Of a stretch of 64,000 nt of DNA, positions 48,251 to 57,657 are shown one piece after another. The notes under the pieces were generated by a model. It did no database searches and was not told the origin of the DNA. It saw only the letters and a list, made by a program, of their open reading frames with translations. The position numbers and the translations under genes are program-made. The stretch is from an uncultured Solirubrobacteraceae bacterium (GTDB lineage: Bacteria > Actinomycetota > Thermoleophilia > Solirubrobacterales > Solirubrobacteraceae): NCBI GenBank assembly GCA_964422115.1, contig CAYQZU010000010.1:16646-80645 (forward strand), in the 5' to 3' direction. How positions within the stretch are numbered: the first letter of the stretch is position 1; each line of letters begins with the position of its first letter.

Positions 48251-48406
48251 ATGATGACCGGCGCCAAAGATCACGAGAACGAGCGCGACGCGGGTGATGA
48301 GCACGCGGACGACCTGGACGAGGTCGGCCGCGAGTCCTTCCCGGCAAGCGATCCGCCGGCATCCTGGTCGGGCCCCGAGGAGGATGCGCAGGCGCCGCTC
48401 GACTGA
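48251..48406 (+). CDS. small acidic protein with ESFPASDPP motif (unlisted 51-codon ORF)
   Basis: MMTGAKDHENERDAGDEHADDLDEVGRESFPASDPPASWSGPEEDAQAPLD*. I recall the SFPASDPP motif recurring in small bacterial hypothetical proteins. Too short for certainty. Confidence 0.4.
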   Translation: MMTGAKDHENERDAGDEHADDLDEVGRESFPASDPPASWSGPEEDAQAPLD

Positions 48407-48427
48407 CGGCGGCGCCCGGCGCCGGTC

Positions 48428-48805
48428 CTACTTGCCTGTGCGAGTGGCGCCGGCGGCCTGCCGGAGCGTCCAGCGCGAAGGATGCCCCGGCGGGAAGTCG
48501 TGGATGCCGACCTCATGCGGCAGATCCCCGTCCATGTTGAACGGGTCCGTGACGTCCACCGCCATTACCGGCAGCGGCCCGTCTCCGTGGCCCGCGACGC
48601 TGCTCGCCTGGTGCCTCGCGAGAACCGACTCGAACACGGCGAACACGATGATCAGCCCGAACAGCACCGCGGTCGCCGGCAGGTATGTGCGCTGTCCCGT
48701 GGCGAGCAGGACACCCGCAAAGATCGCGGCCACCAGCGCCAGGATGAGCAGCATCGGCAGAAGGCTGCCGCTCGTCAGGCCGCGCCGTTTGGCTGGGACA
48801 CTCAC
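48428..48805 (-). CDS. small two-TM membrane protein
   Basis: GTG 48805 (or ATG 48754) gives ...LLPMLLILALVAAIFAGVLLA...AVLFGLIIVFAVFESVL, followed by a soluble tail. Downstream of the DUF202 gene on the same strand. Confidence 0.5.
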   Translation of the reverse strand: MSVPAKRRGLTSGSLLPMLLILALVAAIFAGVLLATGQRTYLPATAVLFGLIIVFAVFESVLARHQASSVAGHGDGPLPVMAVDVTDPFNMDGDLPHEVGIHDFPPGHPSRWTLRQAAGATRTGK

Positions 48806-48982
48806 CTGCGGCACTCTACCCGCCGTAGCGCGCGGAACGCCGGTTACACGCCGTTTCCGGCTGAGCGCTCCGACCAGGCGCACCAGGGCGGGGCCCGGAC
48901 CGCAAAGCTGGATCACCCGCCGGGAACGCAGATGGCCTCGCTTCGAACCGGTTCCGCAGCCGTCAGCTCCGCAGGTCGCTGT

Positions 48983-49390
48983 TCAGCGCAACGCGACCAC
49001 CAACACAGCGAGCGCGATCGCGGCCAGCGCGAATGCCAACACGCCGGCGGTAAGGATGTGCGGCAGCCGCGTGGCGGGAAGCGGCCTGTCCGCACGTATC
49101 GCGTCATCGACGCCACGCCACAAGCGGTGCGAGCACGCCGCGATGAACGCGCCAAAGCAGATCAACAGGAGGCCGACGATTAGCTCAGCGGCGCGTGAGC
49201 CGACGGTGACGAATCGAACGACTGCGACACCACCCGCGATCAGCGCGAGCGCCGTGCGGTTCCAGGAGAGGAAGGTTCGCTCGCTCGCGAGCAGGAAGCG
49301 CGGGTCGGGCTCACTTCGTCGAGCTCCATCCGGCGGCTGCGCGGCGACGATTGCGCCGGGCGTCGCCGGAACTGCGGTCTCGTCGGTCAT
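48983..49390 (-). CDS. DUF202 (YidH-like) membrane protein
   Basis: LASERTFLSWNRTALALIAGGVAVVRF is the DUF202 signature. ATG 49390. Confidence 0.75.
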   Translation of the reverse strand: MTDETAVPATPGAIVAAQPPDGARRSEPDPRFLLASERTFLSWNRTALALIAGGVAVVRFVTVGSRAAELIVGLLLICFGAFIAACSHRLWRGVDDAIRADRPLPATRLPHILTAGVLAFALAAIALAVLVVALR

Positions 49391-49471
49391 CCGCAGGGGC
49401 TCCTCGCGGGGGCGCATGGGACGGTACGGACACGAACGGAGCGGCATATCGCTCCGCGGACATCTTAGTCG

Positions 49472-49497
49472 CGCGACCGCCCGCGACCGCTCGCGAC
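49472..49497 (+). promoter_or_regulatory. three helically phased direct repeats (CGCGAC every 10 nt) upstream of the cluster's first gene
   Basis: CGCGACCGCC-CGCGACCGCT-CGCGAC at 49472, 49482 and 49492, lying 50-75 nt upstream of GTG 49547. Confidence 0.3.
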
Positions 49498-49546
49498 GAG
49501 GTCGGTTTGTCGCCGCCGATACGATCCAGCCGGGCGGGCGGACCAG

Positions 49547-50752
49547 GTGGTGGACATCAAAGCATCTTCAACCGCGCCGATCGGCGCCATCGTTCTCGGC
49601 ATGGGTCGAAGCGGTACGAGCGCCGTGACGCAAATGCTCGTTTCCGCTGGGTTCTTTGCAGGGCTGTCGAGCGAGCTCATGGTTCCGCTCGAGTCAAACC
49701 CGTTGGGGCATTTCGAGCACCTCGGCATCGTCGCCGTCAACGAGGAGATCCTCGGCGAACTCGGTGGAAGCTGGCAGCAGCCTCCGCCGCGCGCCGCCCA
49801 GCTCTCAGCGCGGGAGCACGCCACGCATCGCGTGCGAGCGCAGCTGCAGGCGCTCGTCGAGCGCTCGGACGGAGCGCCAATAGCGGTCAAGGATCCGCGA
49901 GTGGGCATGTTGTTGCCGATCTGGGGCCCGCTGATCGACGAGCTCTTCATGACCGTGCTCACGGTGCGCCATCCGCTCGAGATCGCGCAGTCGCTCGCAC
50001 AACGTGATGGGACACCGCTCGCACTTGGGTTGGCGATGTGGGAGCTTCACACAACCGGGCTGCTCAGCTTTCTGAACGGGCGCACGGCCATCGTCGCGCC
50101 GTACGAGCAACTGATCGCGACGCCCGAGATCGCCGTGCTGATCGTGAATTCCGTGGTCGATGGACTCGACGATGAGCAGGCCGGCTTGGTGGCGGCGGCG
50201 GCTGCTCCGGCGGCGCTCGCCACCGAGCTGCGCCATCACCGTGCGAGCGCCAGGGATGCAGAGGAGATGCTCACCGGACGCCAGCTCAACATCTGGAAAC
50301 TGCTTGAGCAGTTGCCGGCCGGGGCGCAGCGCATCGAAGCGAACGAGCAGCTGTGGAGCCCAACGGCCGTGAGCCTTGACGCAGTCAATGCTGAACGTCA
50401 TCGACTTCGCGTGGCCGGCTCCGCGCGCGATGCCGAGCGGCTACCCGGCGAGCTGGCTGAGCAGCGTCAACAGGCACAACTACTCGTAGGTGAGCGCGAC
50501 GATCTCACGCGTCAGCTCGACCTGGCGCGAGCTGACGCCGACGCCGCCGCGGCCGGACACGCGGTTGCGGTTCACTGGCTGAACGAGATCAAAGGATCGG
50601 CGAGCTGGCGACTCACGAGCCCGCTGCGGAGGGTGATGCGATGGCTACGCCGTGCCGGACGTGGCGTTCGGGGTGCGCCACAGGCCGTCGCAGGGCCAGC
50701 GCCGCAGAACGCTGAGGCGGCAGACACGCACCATGGCGGCGCGATACTGTGA
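49547..50752 (+). CDS. sulfotransferase-like domain fused to C-terminal coiled-coil region
   Basis: IVLGMGRSGTSAV is a PAPS 5'-PSB-like loop. VKDPRVGMLLPIW, VRHPLEIAQSL. The C-terminus is heptad-like (LAEQRQQAQLLVGERDDLTRQLDLARADAD) and ends in SASWRLTSPLRR. Paralog of 59466..60680. Confidence 0.7.
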   Translation: MVDIKASSTAPIGAIVLGMGRSGTSAVTQMLVSAGFFAGLSSELMVPLESNPLGHFEHLGIVAVNEEILGELGGSWQQPPPRAAQLSAREHATHRVRAQLQALVERSDGAPIAVKDPRVGMLLPIWGPLIDELFMTVLTVRHPLEIAQSLAQRDGTPLALGLAMWELHTTGLLSFLNGRTAIVAPYEQLIATPEIAVLIVNSVVDGLDDEQAGLVAAAAAPAALATELRHHRASARDAEEMLTGRQLNIWKLLEQLPAGAQRIEANEQLWSPTAVSLDAVNAERHRLRVAGSARDAERLPGELAEQRQQAQLLVGERDDLTRQLDLARADADAAAAGHAVAVHWLNEIKGSASWRLTSPLRRVMRWLRRAGRGVRGAPQAVAGPAPQNAEAADTHHGGAIL

Positions 50753-50843
50753 GCCGGATTCCTGCACGGAGGGACAGCGCCATGTCGAGACGGTTTGCAG
50801 CGCCTGATTGCGCCAAGGACCGTAAGCGGACGACCCCCGCGGG

Positions 50844-53800
50844 ATGACGGCCGGCCGGCGTGCCGGCGCCCCGCGGCTGATCGACTGGACGGGCGAGCGC
50901 TGCGTGCCCTGGGGTCCCGACGTACCTGTTCTGTACGAGCACATGCACCGCTACCTGTGGGCGGCACAGTTGGTTGGGGGACTGCGCGTCCTCGACGTCG
51001 GCTGCGGCGAGGGGTTCGGGGCCGCGATCCTCGGCCAGCGCGCCGCATCGGTGGTTGGCGTCGACATCGACGAACGGACTGTCGAGCATGCCCGCCTGAA
51101 CTACGCCAGCCCGACGATCTCGTTCCGCTGCGACAGCGCGACTGACCTTTCTGCTCTCGACGCCCAGTCTTTCGGTGCAGTGGTGGCGTTCGAGGTTATC
51201 GAGCACCTCGACGAGCAGGAGCTGATGCTCGCCGAGATCGCGCGGGTGCTCGACAAGGACGGACTGCTGATCCTGTCGACGCCCGATCGCCTTCTCTACT
51301 CGGACGGCGCCAGTCCGCGCAACCCATTTCATCGGCGCGAGCTCTCCCAGGGCGAGCTCGCGGAGCTCCTAAAAGCCCGCTTCGCGCAACTCGCACTCTT
51401 TGGCCAGCGAACGATCACCGGCTCCCACCTCGCGAGACTCGACGAATCACAGCACGGCGCGGAAGGCGCCACGAGTTCGTTCTTCATCGAGCGCAGCGGC
51501 GACGAGTGGCGGCAGGCCGCTGACCCAGCTCCGCTCTACATGATGGCGGTCGCCTCGAACTCGCCACTGCCAACGCTTCCGCGTGACTCGACGTTGGCTG
51601 ACTGCGGGTTGGAGCTGATGCGCGTGCCAGAGCGCGAGGTCGCTCGTTTGACCGTCGAGCGCCAACACGACGCCGTTCGCTTCGAGCGGGAGCGCGAAAA
51701 GCAGGCGGTCGAACTTCTGGCTGCCGGTGCTGAGGAAGCGAACCGCGCGGCGCAGGAGCACGAGCGCGAGATCGCCGAGTTGGCCGCGGGCGCGCGCCTA
51801 CAAACCGAGAGCGCAACCGCGGAGCTCGAGCGCCTGGGGAGACTCGTCCTCGACCTGGGGGTTCATGGCGCCAACCGCGACGCGACCGTCGCGATGCTGC
51901 AGGACCAGCTCGAGGCGGTCAGTGAGCGCGAAGCCCACGCCCAGCTGCTGCTACGCAAGGCCGAGGACTCGGTGACCTGGCGGCTGTTCCTTTTGTCCCG
52001 ATCGAAGCTGTTCGGGGCCATCGGAGAAGACTCGCCGTCGGCGCGCACGCTCCGTTGGTCGTTGCGAGTGCTTGGGCGCCACCTGACGAGCGAGCAGCCA
52101 CCACTCGCGCCGGCGATCGCGCCGCAGACGGCCCCCCCGACGCGCGCGACCATCATCTTTCCGACGTTCGAGCAGCCGCTCGTGTCGATCATCGTCGCGT
52201 TGCACACTCGGGCCGATCTCACCCGCGCCTGCCTGATGAGCATCCGCGACCATACCCCGCCGACGAGCTACGAGCTGATACTGGTCGACGATCTGGCCGA
52301 TGCCGCGACCAAGGAGCTGCTCGGATCGGTCGAGGGCGCGCGCATCGTCACCACCGAGCACCAGCTCGGCTACCTGCGGAGCATCAATTGTGCCGCCGAG
52401 AGCGCCACCGGGCGCTGGCTCGTGGTTTGTAACAACGACATCGAGGTGCATCCAGGGTGGCTCGCCGCGCTACTGGAATGTGCCGAGTCGGCCGACGACA
52501 TCGGAGTAGTTACGCCGCGCTACATCTATCCGGACGGTCGGCTGAACGAAGCCGGCGCTCTCCTCTGGACCGATGGAACCGGCGTGAACTATGGACGCGG
52601 CGAGGACCCTCAGGACTTCCACTACCGTTACCGGCGCGAAGTCGACTACGGCTCGGGCGCCGCTCTGCTCGTGCGCGGCGAATTCTGGCGCGATGTCGGT
52701 GGCTTTGATGAGCTTTTCTTGCCCATGTACTACGAGGACGCCGATCTCTGCTTCGCCGCGCGGGAGCACGGCTGGCGAGTGGTGTACGAACCGGCCGCGC
52801 TGGTCACTCACCTCGAGGGGGCCACTGCGGGGACGGACCTCTCGTCGGGTCTCAAGCGCCATCAGGAGGACAACCGCCCCAAGTTCGTCGAGAAGTGGCG
52901 GCGGCAACTCGAGCGCGACCACATGCGTCCGGCGAACACGCACGTTCGCCGCGCCTCCGACCGTCGCGGCGGACCGCGCGTGCTGATCGTCGACCACCGA
53001 GTGCCGGCTTGGGACCGCGACGCCGGATCGCTGCGCCTCCTGCGGATGATCGAGGCTCTTCAAGGTCTGGGGGCACGCGTCACTCTGCTGCCTGACAACT
53101 TCCATCCGCTGGAGCCCTACACCACCGCGCTGGAACGGTCAGGGGTGGAGGTGTTTCACGGGCCCGTGGATATCCGCGGTGAGCTCGCTGAAGCGGGGCC
53201 GTCGCTCGCGCTGGCGATTCTCTGCCGGCCGACGATCGCGAGCCGCTGGCTGGATTTGGTCCGTGAGTATGCGCCGGCGGCGCGCGCGGTTTACGACACG
53301 GTGGACTTGCACTGGTTGCGCGAAACGCGCCGCCGGCTCCCTGAGTACGTCGATGATGGCGCGCGGCGGATTCCACCGCAGGCGACGGTGCTGCGCGAGC
53401 TCGAGCACGCGCTGATCCGCTCGGTGGATGTTACGTTCGCGGTCAGCGACGTTGAACGGCGCCAGATCGAGGCCGACCTGCCAGGTGCCGAAGTTCGCGT
53501 CGTACCCACGGTCCACGAGCTCGAGCGCGACGTTCCTGCTCCGGAGGGTCGGTCCGGTGTGCTGTTCATCGGCGGTTTTGAGCATCACCCGAACGTAGGC
53601 GCTGCGCTTCGCCTGATACGCGACATCATGCCGCTTGTGTGGCGGGAGTTCGGCGATGTCCCCGTGACGATCGTCGGCGCCGACGCGCCGCCGGAGATCT
53701 GCGCATTGGCGTCGGCGCGCGTCGACGTCGCCGGCTGGGTCGAGGATCTCGGACCGCTGCTGCGTCGCTCGCGCGTGATGGTGGCGCCGATCGTCTATGG

Positions 53801-54137
53801 CGCCGGTCTGAAAGGCAAGGTCACCCAGTCGCTGGCCGCTGGCCTGCCGGTCGTGACGACCCCAGTCGGTGCCGAGGGCCTCGGAGTAGAGGATGGCGAC
53901 CGGCTGCTGGTCGGCGCGACCGATGACGATCTGGCTGCGCGAACAATCGCCGTGCTACGCGACAACGAGTTGTGGACGAGCCTGTCGCGCGGTGGCCAAC
54001 AGCTCGTCGCCGAGCACTGCAGCCCGGCGCATATGCGCGACTCCCTCGCTGAGTTGCTCGACCCCCAAAGCCCATTTCCGGAGCCGCTTGCAGCGCGGGT
54101 CTTCGAGCCCGCAGAGACGATGCAATACCCGACGTGA
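50844..54137 (+). CDS. multidomain glycan synthase: class I SAM methyltransferase, coiled coil, GT2 glycosyltransferase, GT4 (GT-B) glycosyltransferase
   Basis: VLDVGCGEGFGAAIL is MT motif I. An E/R/A/L/Q-rich region spans aa ~250-390. GT2 domain: VSIIVALHT...ELILVDD...YYEDAD. GT-B domain: GGFEHHPNVGA...APIVYGAGLKGKVTQSLAAGLPVVTTPVGAEG. Confidence 0.9.
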   Translation: MTAGRRAGAPRLIDWTGERCVPWGPDVPVLYEHMHRYLWAAQLVGGLRVLDVGCGEGFGAAILGQRAASVVGVDIDERTVEHARLNYASPTISFRCDSATDLSALDAQSFGAVVAFEVIEHLDEQELMLAEIARVLDKDGLLILSTPDRLLYSDGASPRNPFHRRELSQGELAELLKARFAQLALFGQRTITGSHLARLDESQHGAEGATSSFFIERSGDEWRQAADPAPLYMMAVASNSPLPTLPRDSTLADCGLELMRVPEREVARLTVERQHDAVRFEREREKQAVELLAAGAEEANRAAQEHEREIAELAAGARLQTESATAELERLGRLVLDLGVHGANRDATVAMLQDQLEAVSEREAHAQLLLRKAEDSVTWRLFLLSRSKLFGAIGEDSPSARTLRWSLRVLGRHLTSEQPPLAPAIAPQTAPPTRATIIFPTFEQPLVSIIVALHTRADLTRACLMSIRDHTPPTSYELILVDDLADAATKELLGSVEGARIVTTEHQLGYLRSINCAAESATGRWLVVCNNDIEVHPGWLAALLECAESADDIGVVTPRYIYPDGRLNEAGALLWTDGTGVNYGRGEDPQDFHYRYRREVDYGSGAALLVRGEFWRDVGGFDELFLPMYYEDADLCFAAREHGWRVVYEPAALVTHLEGATAGTDLSSGLKRHQEDNRPKFVEKWRRQLERDHMRPANTHVRRASDRRGGPRVLIVDHRVPAWDRDAGSLRLLRMIEALQGLGARVTLLPDNFHPLEPYTTALERSGVEVFHGPVDIRGELAEAGPSLALAILCRPTIASRWLDLVREYAPAARAVYDTVDLHWLRETRRRLPEYVDDGARRIPPQATVLRELEHALIRSVDVTFAVSDVERRQIEADLPGAEVRVVPTVHELERDVPAPEGRSGVLFIGGFEHHPNVGAALRLIRDIMPLVWREFGDVPVTIVGADAPPEICALASARVDVAGWVEDLGPLLRRSRVMVAPIVYGAGLKGKVTQSLAAGLPVVTTPVGAEGLGVEDGDRLLVGATDDDLAARTIAVLRDNELWTSLSRGGQQLVAEHCSPAHMRDSLAELLDPQSPFPEPLAARVFEPAETMQYPT

Positions 54138-54883
54138 CCGGCCTGTACGTCGCGCCACAGACTGGGAAGCTGCGCGACGAATGCGTGTTCTACCACGTGA
54201 TGGAGATTCCAGGTCACGGTCTGTTGGGTGAATCCTGGGACCTCCGTGCAGGTGTCGACGACTACCTCGGACACGTTCCGCTGGCGAACCAGCGCGTACT
54301 CGAGATCGGGCCGGCGAGCGGATTCGTCACCTTTCATATGGAGCGGCAGGGAGCCGAAGTGGTTTCGGTCGAGCTCGGTCCCGACAGCGATTGGGACGTC
54401 GTGCCGCACGCGCGTTTGGATGTCGCCCGCATCCTTGAGGTCCGCCGCGCCGGGATGCAGATGATTCGCAACAGCTTCTGGTTCGCTCACGAGCGACTTG
54501 GCAGTCGCGCCCGCGTGCACCACGGCACAGCCTATGAGTTACCGGATGAGCTCGGCCGCTTCGATCTCGCGATCCTCGGATCTGTGCTGCTGCACATGCG
54601 GGATCCGCTACGCGCGCTCGAGCGGTGCGCGAGGCTGAGCGACGCACTCGTCATCACCGAGACCTACTCCCACGAGCTCGGTGAAGGCCCGGTCGCCCGA
54701 CTCTACCCAACCGTCGACTCATCCCAGTGGGACACCTGGTGGAGCTTCACGCCCCAGCTGCTGAAGCAGTTCCTCGAGGTGCTTGGGTTTCGTCGCGTAA
54801 CAGTTACTCATCACAGCCAGACGTTCGTGAACGCCGGCGCTGCGATGCAGATACCCATGGTCACGCTGGTCGCCAGGCGTTAG
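54134..54883 (+). CDS. class I SAM-dependent methyltransferase
   Basis: GTG 54134 overlaps the upstream stop (GTGA). RVLEIGPASGFVTFHMERQGAEVVSVE is motif I plus the acidic loop. Also FDLAILGSVLLHMRDP. Confidence 0.8.
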   Translation: MTGLYVAPQTGKLRDECVFYHVMEIPGHGLLGESWDLRAGVDDYLGHVPLANQRVLEIGPASGFVTFHMERQGAEVVSVELGPDSDWDVVPHARLDVARILEVRRAGMQMIRNSFWFAHERLGSRARVHHGTAYELPDELGRFDLAILGSVLLHMRDPLRALERCARLSDALVITETYSHELGEGPVARLYPTVDSSQWDTWWSFTPQLLKQFLEVLGFRRVTVTHHSQTFVNAGAAMQIPMVTLVARR

Positions 54884-54892
54884 TCCTAGCGC

Positions 54893-55636
54893 GTGACGTG
54901 GACCTGCATCCTTTGCGGCATCGCGCAAGGCGAGCCGCGCGGCCCGCTCGAGCGCGGCGCGGTCCCTTGTCAAGACTGCGGCGCCGTTTGGCTACATCGG
55001 GCGATCGGGCTGGTGATCCTCCAGGGGCTCCGCCTGCCGATCACGCCTTTCTCCTCGCTCGCCCCCGACCTTTCCAGACGTGGCCTCGGGATCAGCGATT
55101 CATTCCCTCTCGCGGCCGTTCTGGGCGGCCGGTTTGACTACGTCAACAGTTGGTATCACCGCTTCCCAAGAGTCGATCTCACCTGCGTTCCGGAGGAGCT
55201 GCGCGAGCAGTTCGAGTTCGCCGTCTGCTCGGAGGTGCTCGAGCACGTCCCGCCACCGGTCGAACACGCGGTGCGCGGGATCGCCGACCTGCTTCGACCG
55301 GGAGGATTCGTCGCCCTCTCAGTACCGGCCGCGGGCGCCACCACGACGGAGTTCTACCCCGGTCTCGCGCGCTACGAGCCGGGAGACGGCAGCGTTCGAT
55401 GGGCCGATGGCGCGGGCAACTGGCAGATCGACGACAACCCCGAGTTTCACGCCGGCATCGGGCAGACGCTCGCGTTTCGCCGTTTCGGCGACGGCGACCT
55501 GGCCGCGCAGCTCATCGAGGCTGGATTCGCAGCACCCGAGCCCGTCACCTGGAACGATGATCTCGGCGTTCAGCCGGTCGCGTTTCCGAGTGTCTACCTC
55601 GTGCGTAAGCGGACCGTTGCGCGATCACCAACCTAG
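54893..55636 (+). CDS. methyltransferase-like protein with N-terminal zinc ribbon
   Basis: CILCG...CQDCG ribbon. FEFAVCSEVLEHVPPPVEHAVRGIADLLRPGGFVALSVP matches the post-I/II/III motifs of class I MTs. Motif I is degenerate (GLGISD). Confidence 0.6.
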   Translation: MTWTCILCGIAQGEPRGPLERGAVPCQDCGAVWLHRAIGLVILQGLRLPITPFSSLAPDLSRRGLGISDSFPLAAVLGGRFDYVNSWYHRFPRVDLTCVPEELREQFEFAVCSEVLEHVPPPVEHAVRGIADLLRPGGFVALSVPAAGATTTEFYPGLARYEPGDGSVRWADGAGNWQIDDNPEFHAGIGQTLAFRRFGDGDLAAQLIEAGFAAPEPVTWNDDLGVQPVAFPSVYLVRKRTVARSPT

Positions 55637-56592
55637 GGCGAGAACTCGAGAATCCCGATTCGCTCCTCGTGCTCGAGGATCGCACGCTGGGCGAGGCCGG
55701 CGTTCTCCGCGTACCAGCTCAGATGCGCCGTCAAGAGTTGGGCGACAGGTGTGCGGCAACCGCCGATCGTCCAATCCTCGCGCGGTACCGCACGTAGCTC
55801 GAGCGCCGCGATCACACTCCGCTCCAGCGGGGTGCGAATCTCCCCGAGCAGGTCCTCGCCCGGCAACAGCGGCTGATAGGCAAGATTCAGCTGCAAGTGG
55901 ATCTGCGATACGAGCTGCGCCAGCGCGACGTTGGTTGGATGGTTGATCGTCAGAAAGGATCGTCCGTGCAGCGCCGGTCCCAGGAGCCGCTCGGCGACCC
56001 GGATGTCAACCTCCTGGTCGATCGCGAGCAGCGCCGCGCGGGCACGCGACGCGAGCGCCCGGATCCCGGCGACCGAGGGCGCTAGGTCGCGCAGCCAGGC
56101 GAGCGACCTGTCGAGGCTCCAGCCGGCGGCGGCACAGTAGATGAAGCGTAGGTCGTGGTAGATCGAGTAGGGCGCCGGCAGGGCCTGGCCGCGCTGGTCG
56201 CGCACGTGAACCTGAAACGGATACAAGCCGTCGTAGCGGAGCGCCGGGATCGTCACCAGCCGGCAGTCCGCTGGCGCTGCCTGGACGACCTCGTGGGAGC
56301 CCACCGCGAGACCGTGGTAGCCGTCGCGGACCCTTTGGGAGATCACGAGCGAGGCGCGCGAGACGATCCGTCGGATCCTCGGCACATCGTCGGCGGTTGC
56401 CTCGTGCACGGCGGGTAGCGCCAAGGTGCGGAACGCGGAGCAGAATGTCGGCGAGCGCTCCAGGAGAACGCGAAGGGACTCCGCTTGGCAGTTGCCGTGA
56501 AGCACGCACAGCGGCAGCTGTGTCCGCTGCGATCGCGCCGCCGCATGGCCGAGGGTGGCACCGCTCGCGTCGATCATCACAGCCAGGAGCAT
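55633..56592 (-). CDS. WcbI-like polysaccharide biosynthesis protein (putative acyl/modifying enzyme)
   Basis: ATG 56592 gives MLLAVMIDASG...CVLHGNCQAESLRVLL. As I recall it, the N-terminal GNCQ motif and ~320-aa size fit the WcbI family. The rest of listed ORF 55633..56967 is an implausible extension. Its stop overlaps the convergent stop of 54893..55636 (CTAG). Confidence 0.55.
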   Translation of the reverse strand: MLLAVMIDASGATLGHAAARSQRTQLPLCVLHGNCQAESLRVLLERSPTFCSAFRTLALPAVHEATADDVPRIRRIVSRASLVISQRVRDGYHGLAVGSHEVVQAAPADCRLVTIPALRYDGLYPFQVHVRDQRGQALPAPYSIYHDLRFIYCAAAGWSLDRSLAWLRDLAPSVAGIRALASRARAALLAIDQEVDIRVAERLLGPALHGRSFLTINHPTNVALAQLVSQIHLQLNLAYQPLLPGEDLLGEIRTPLERSVIAALELRAVPREDWTIGGCRTPVAQLLTAHLSWYAENAGLAQRAILEHEERIGILEFSP

Positions 56593-56787
56593 GCACGAAC
56601 AGCGCCAACGATGATCGCCGCAACCGCCTCGTCGATGCCCGATGGTAAGTCGACGACCTCCAACGATTCGGCCCCTGGCCGGCGGATGATCGCCGCGGCG
56701 TCGCTCGTGTGCCACCGCGACCCCCGCCGGGGTGGGTAGGATGTCCACCGCAGCTCGCGCGCCATCTGATCCCGAGGCATCGACCCG

Positions 56788-57657
56788 ATGAAACTGGTGA
56801 TGACGCTGGTCGTCCGCGACGAAGCGGACATTCTGCGCGAGAACATCGAGTTCCACCTCGCGCTCGGCGTCGACGAGTTCCTCGTGATGGACAATCTCTC
56901 GGTCGACTGGACGCCCGACATCGTTCGCGAGTACGAGCGGGCCGGCGTGGCGCGCCTCTGCCATCAACCGGTCGATGACTACTCACAGGGCCGCTGGGTT
57001 ACGGGGCTGGCTGCTCGGGCAGTCAACGAGCTTCGGGCCGACTGGGTGATAAACAGCGATGCCGATGAGTTCTGGTGGACACCCGGCGGATCGCTCAAGG
57101 ACGCGTTGGCACAGGCGGACCCTCAGATCGTCGCGGTATCGGCCGAGCGAACCAACTTCGTTCCACGGCCCGAATCCGATGCACCGTTCTGGCGGCGCAT
57201 GAACGTGCGCCACTCGGTTTCCTTCAACCTCCTCGGCCAGCCGATTCCGCCGAAGGTTGCGCATCGCGGACGCGGCGACATCACGGTTGCAGACGGTAAT
57301 CACAGTGTGCGCGTGGCGGGCGCTTCGACACTCGCTGCGCCGTCCTCGGTCACGATCCTCCACTTCCCGCTGCGCACCCGCGAGCAGTTCAGAAACAAGA
57401 TTGTCCTCGGGGGCGCGGCGCTCGCGCGTAACACCGAGGTTGATGGCGGAGTCGGAAGCACCTGGCGGCAGATGTACGATCGCCATCTGCTGGGCGAACT
57501 TGACGCGGTCTACGACGCCGAATGCCGCTCCGAGGCGGAGCTCGCTCGCGGATTGGCCTGTGGTGAGCTGGTGCGCGACACGCGGCTGATCGAGACGCTC
57601 GAGCGCACACGGCTTGGCGGGCAGCCCAATGGCGAGGCGCGAAGTCGCGTTCAGTGA
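56788..57657 (+). CDS. glycosyltransferase family 2-like (Glyco_tranf_2_4 type)
   Basis: LVVRDEADILRENIEFHLALGVDEFLVMDNLSVD...WVINSDADEFWW is typical of this GT-A subgroup. Confidence 0.75.
   Translation: MKLVMTLVVRDEADILRENIEFHLALGVDEFLVMDNLSVDWTPDIVREYERAGVARLCHQPVDDYSQGRWVTGLAARAVNELRADWVINSDADEFWWTPGGSLKDALAQADPQIVAVSAERTNFVPRPESDAPFWRRMNVRHSVSFNLLGQPIPPKVAHRGRGDITVADGNHSVRVAGASTLAAPSSVTILHFPLRTREQFRNKIVLGGAALARNTEVDGGVGSTWRQMYDRHLLGELDAVYDAECRSEAELARGLACGELVRDTRLIETLERTRLGGQPNGEARSRVQ

Noticed and set aside
48294-49628. A 444-aa plus-strand ORF, and similarly 58537..60075 (512 aa, +).
   Set aside because: Both are Arg/Ser/Thr/Pro-rich and run antisense to DUF202/membrane genes or to the UbiA and sulfotransferase-like genes, which have clear signatures.
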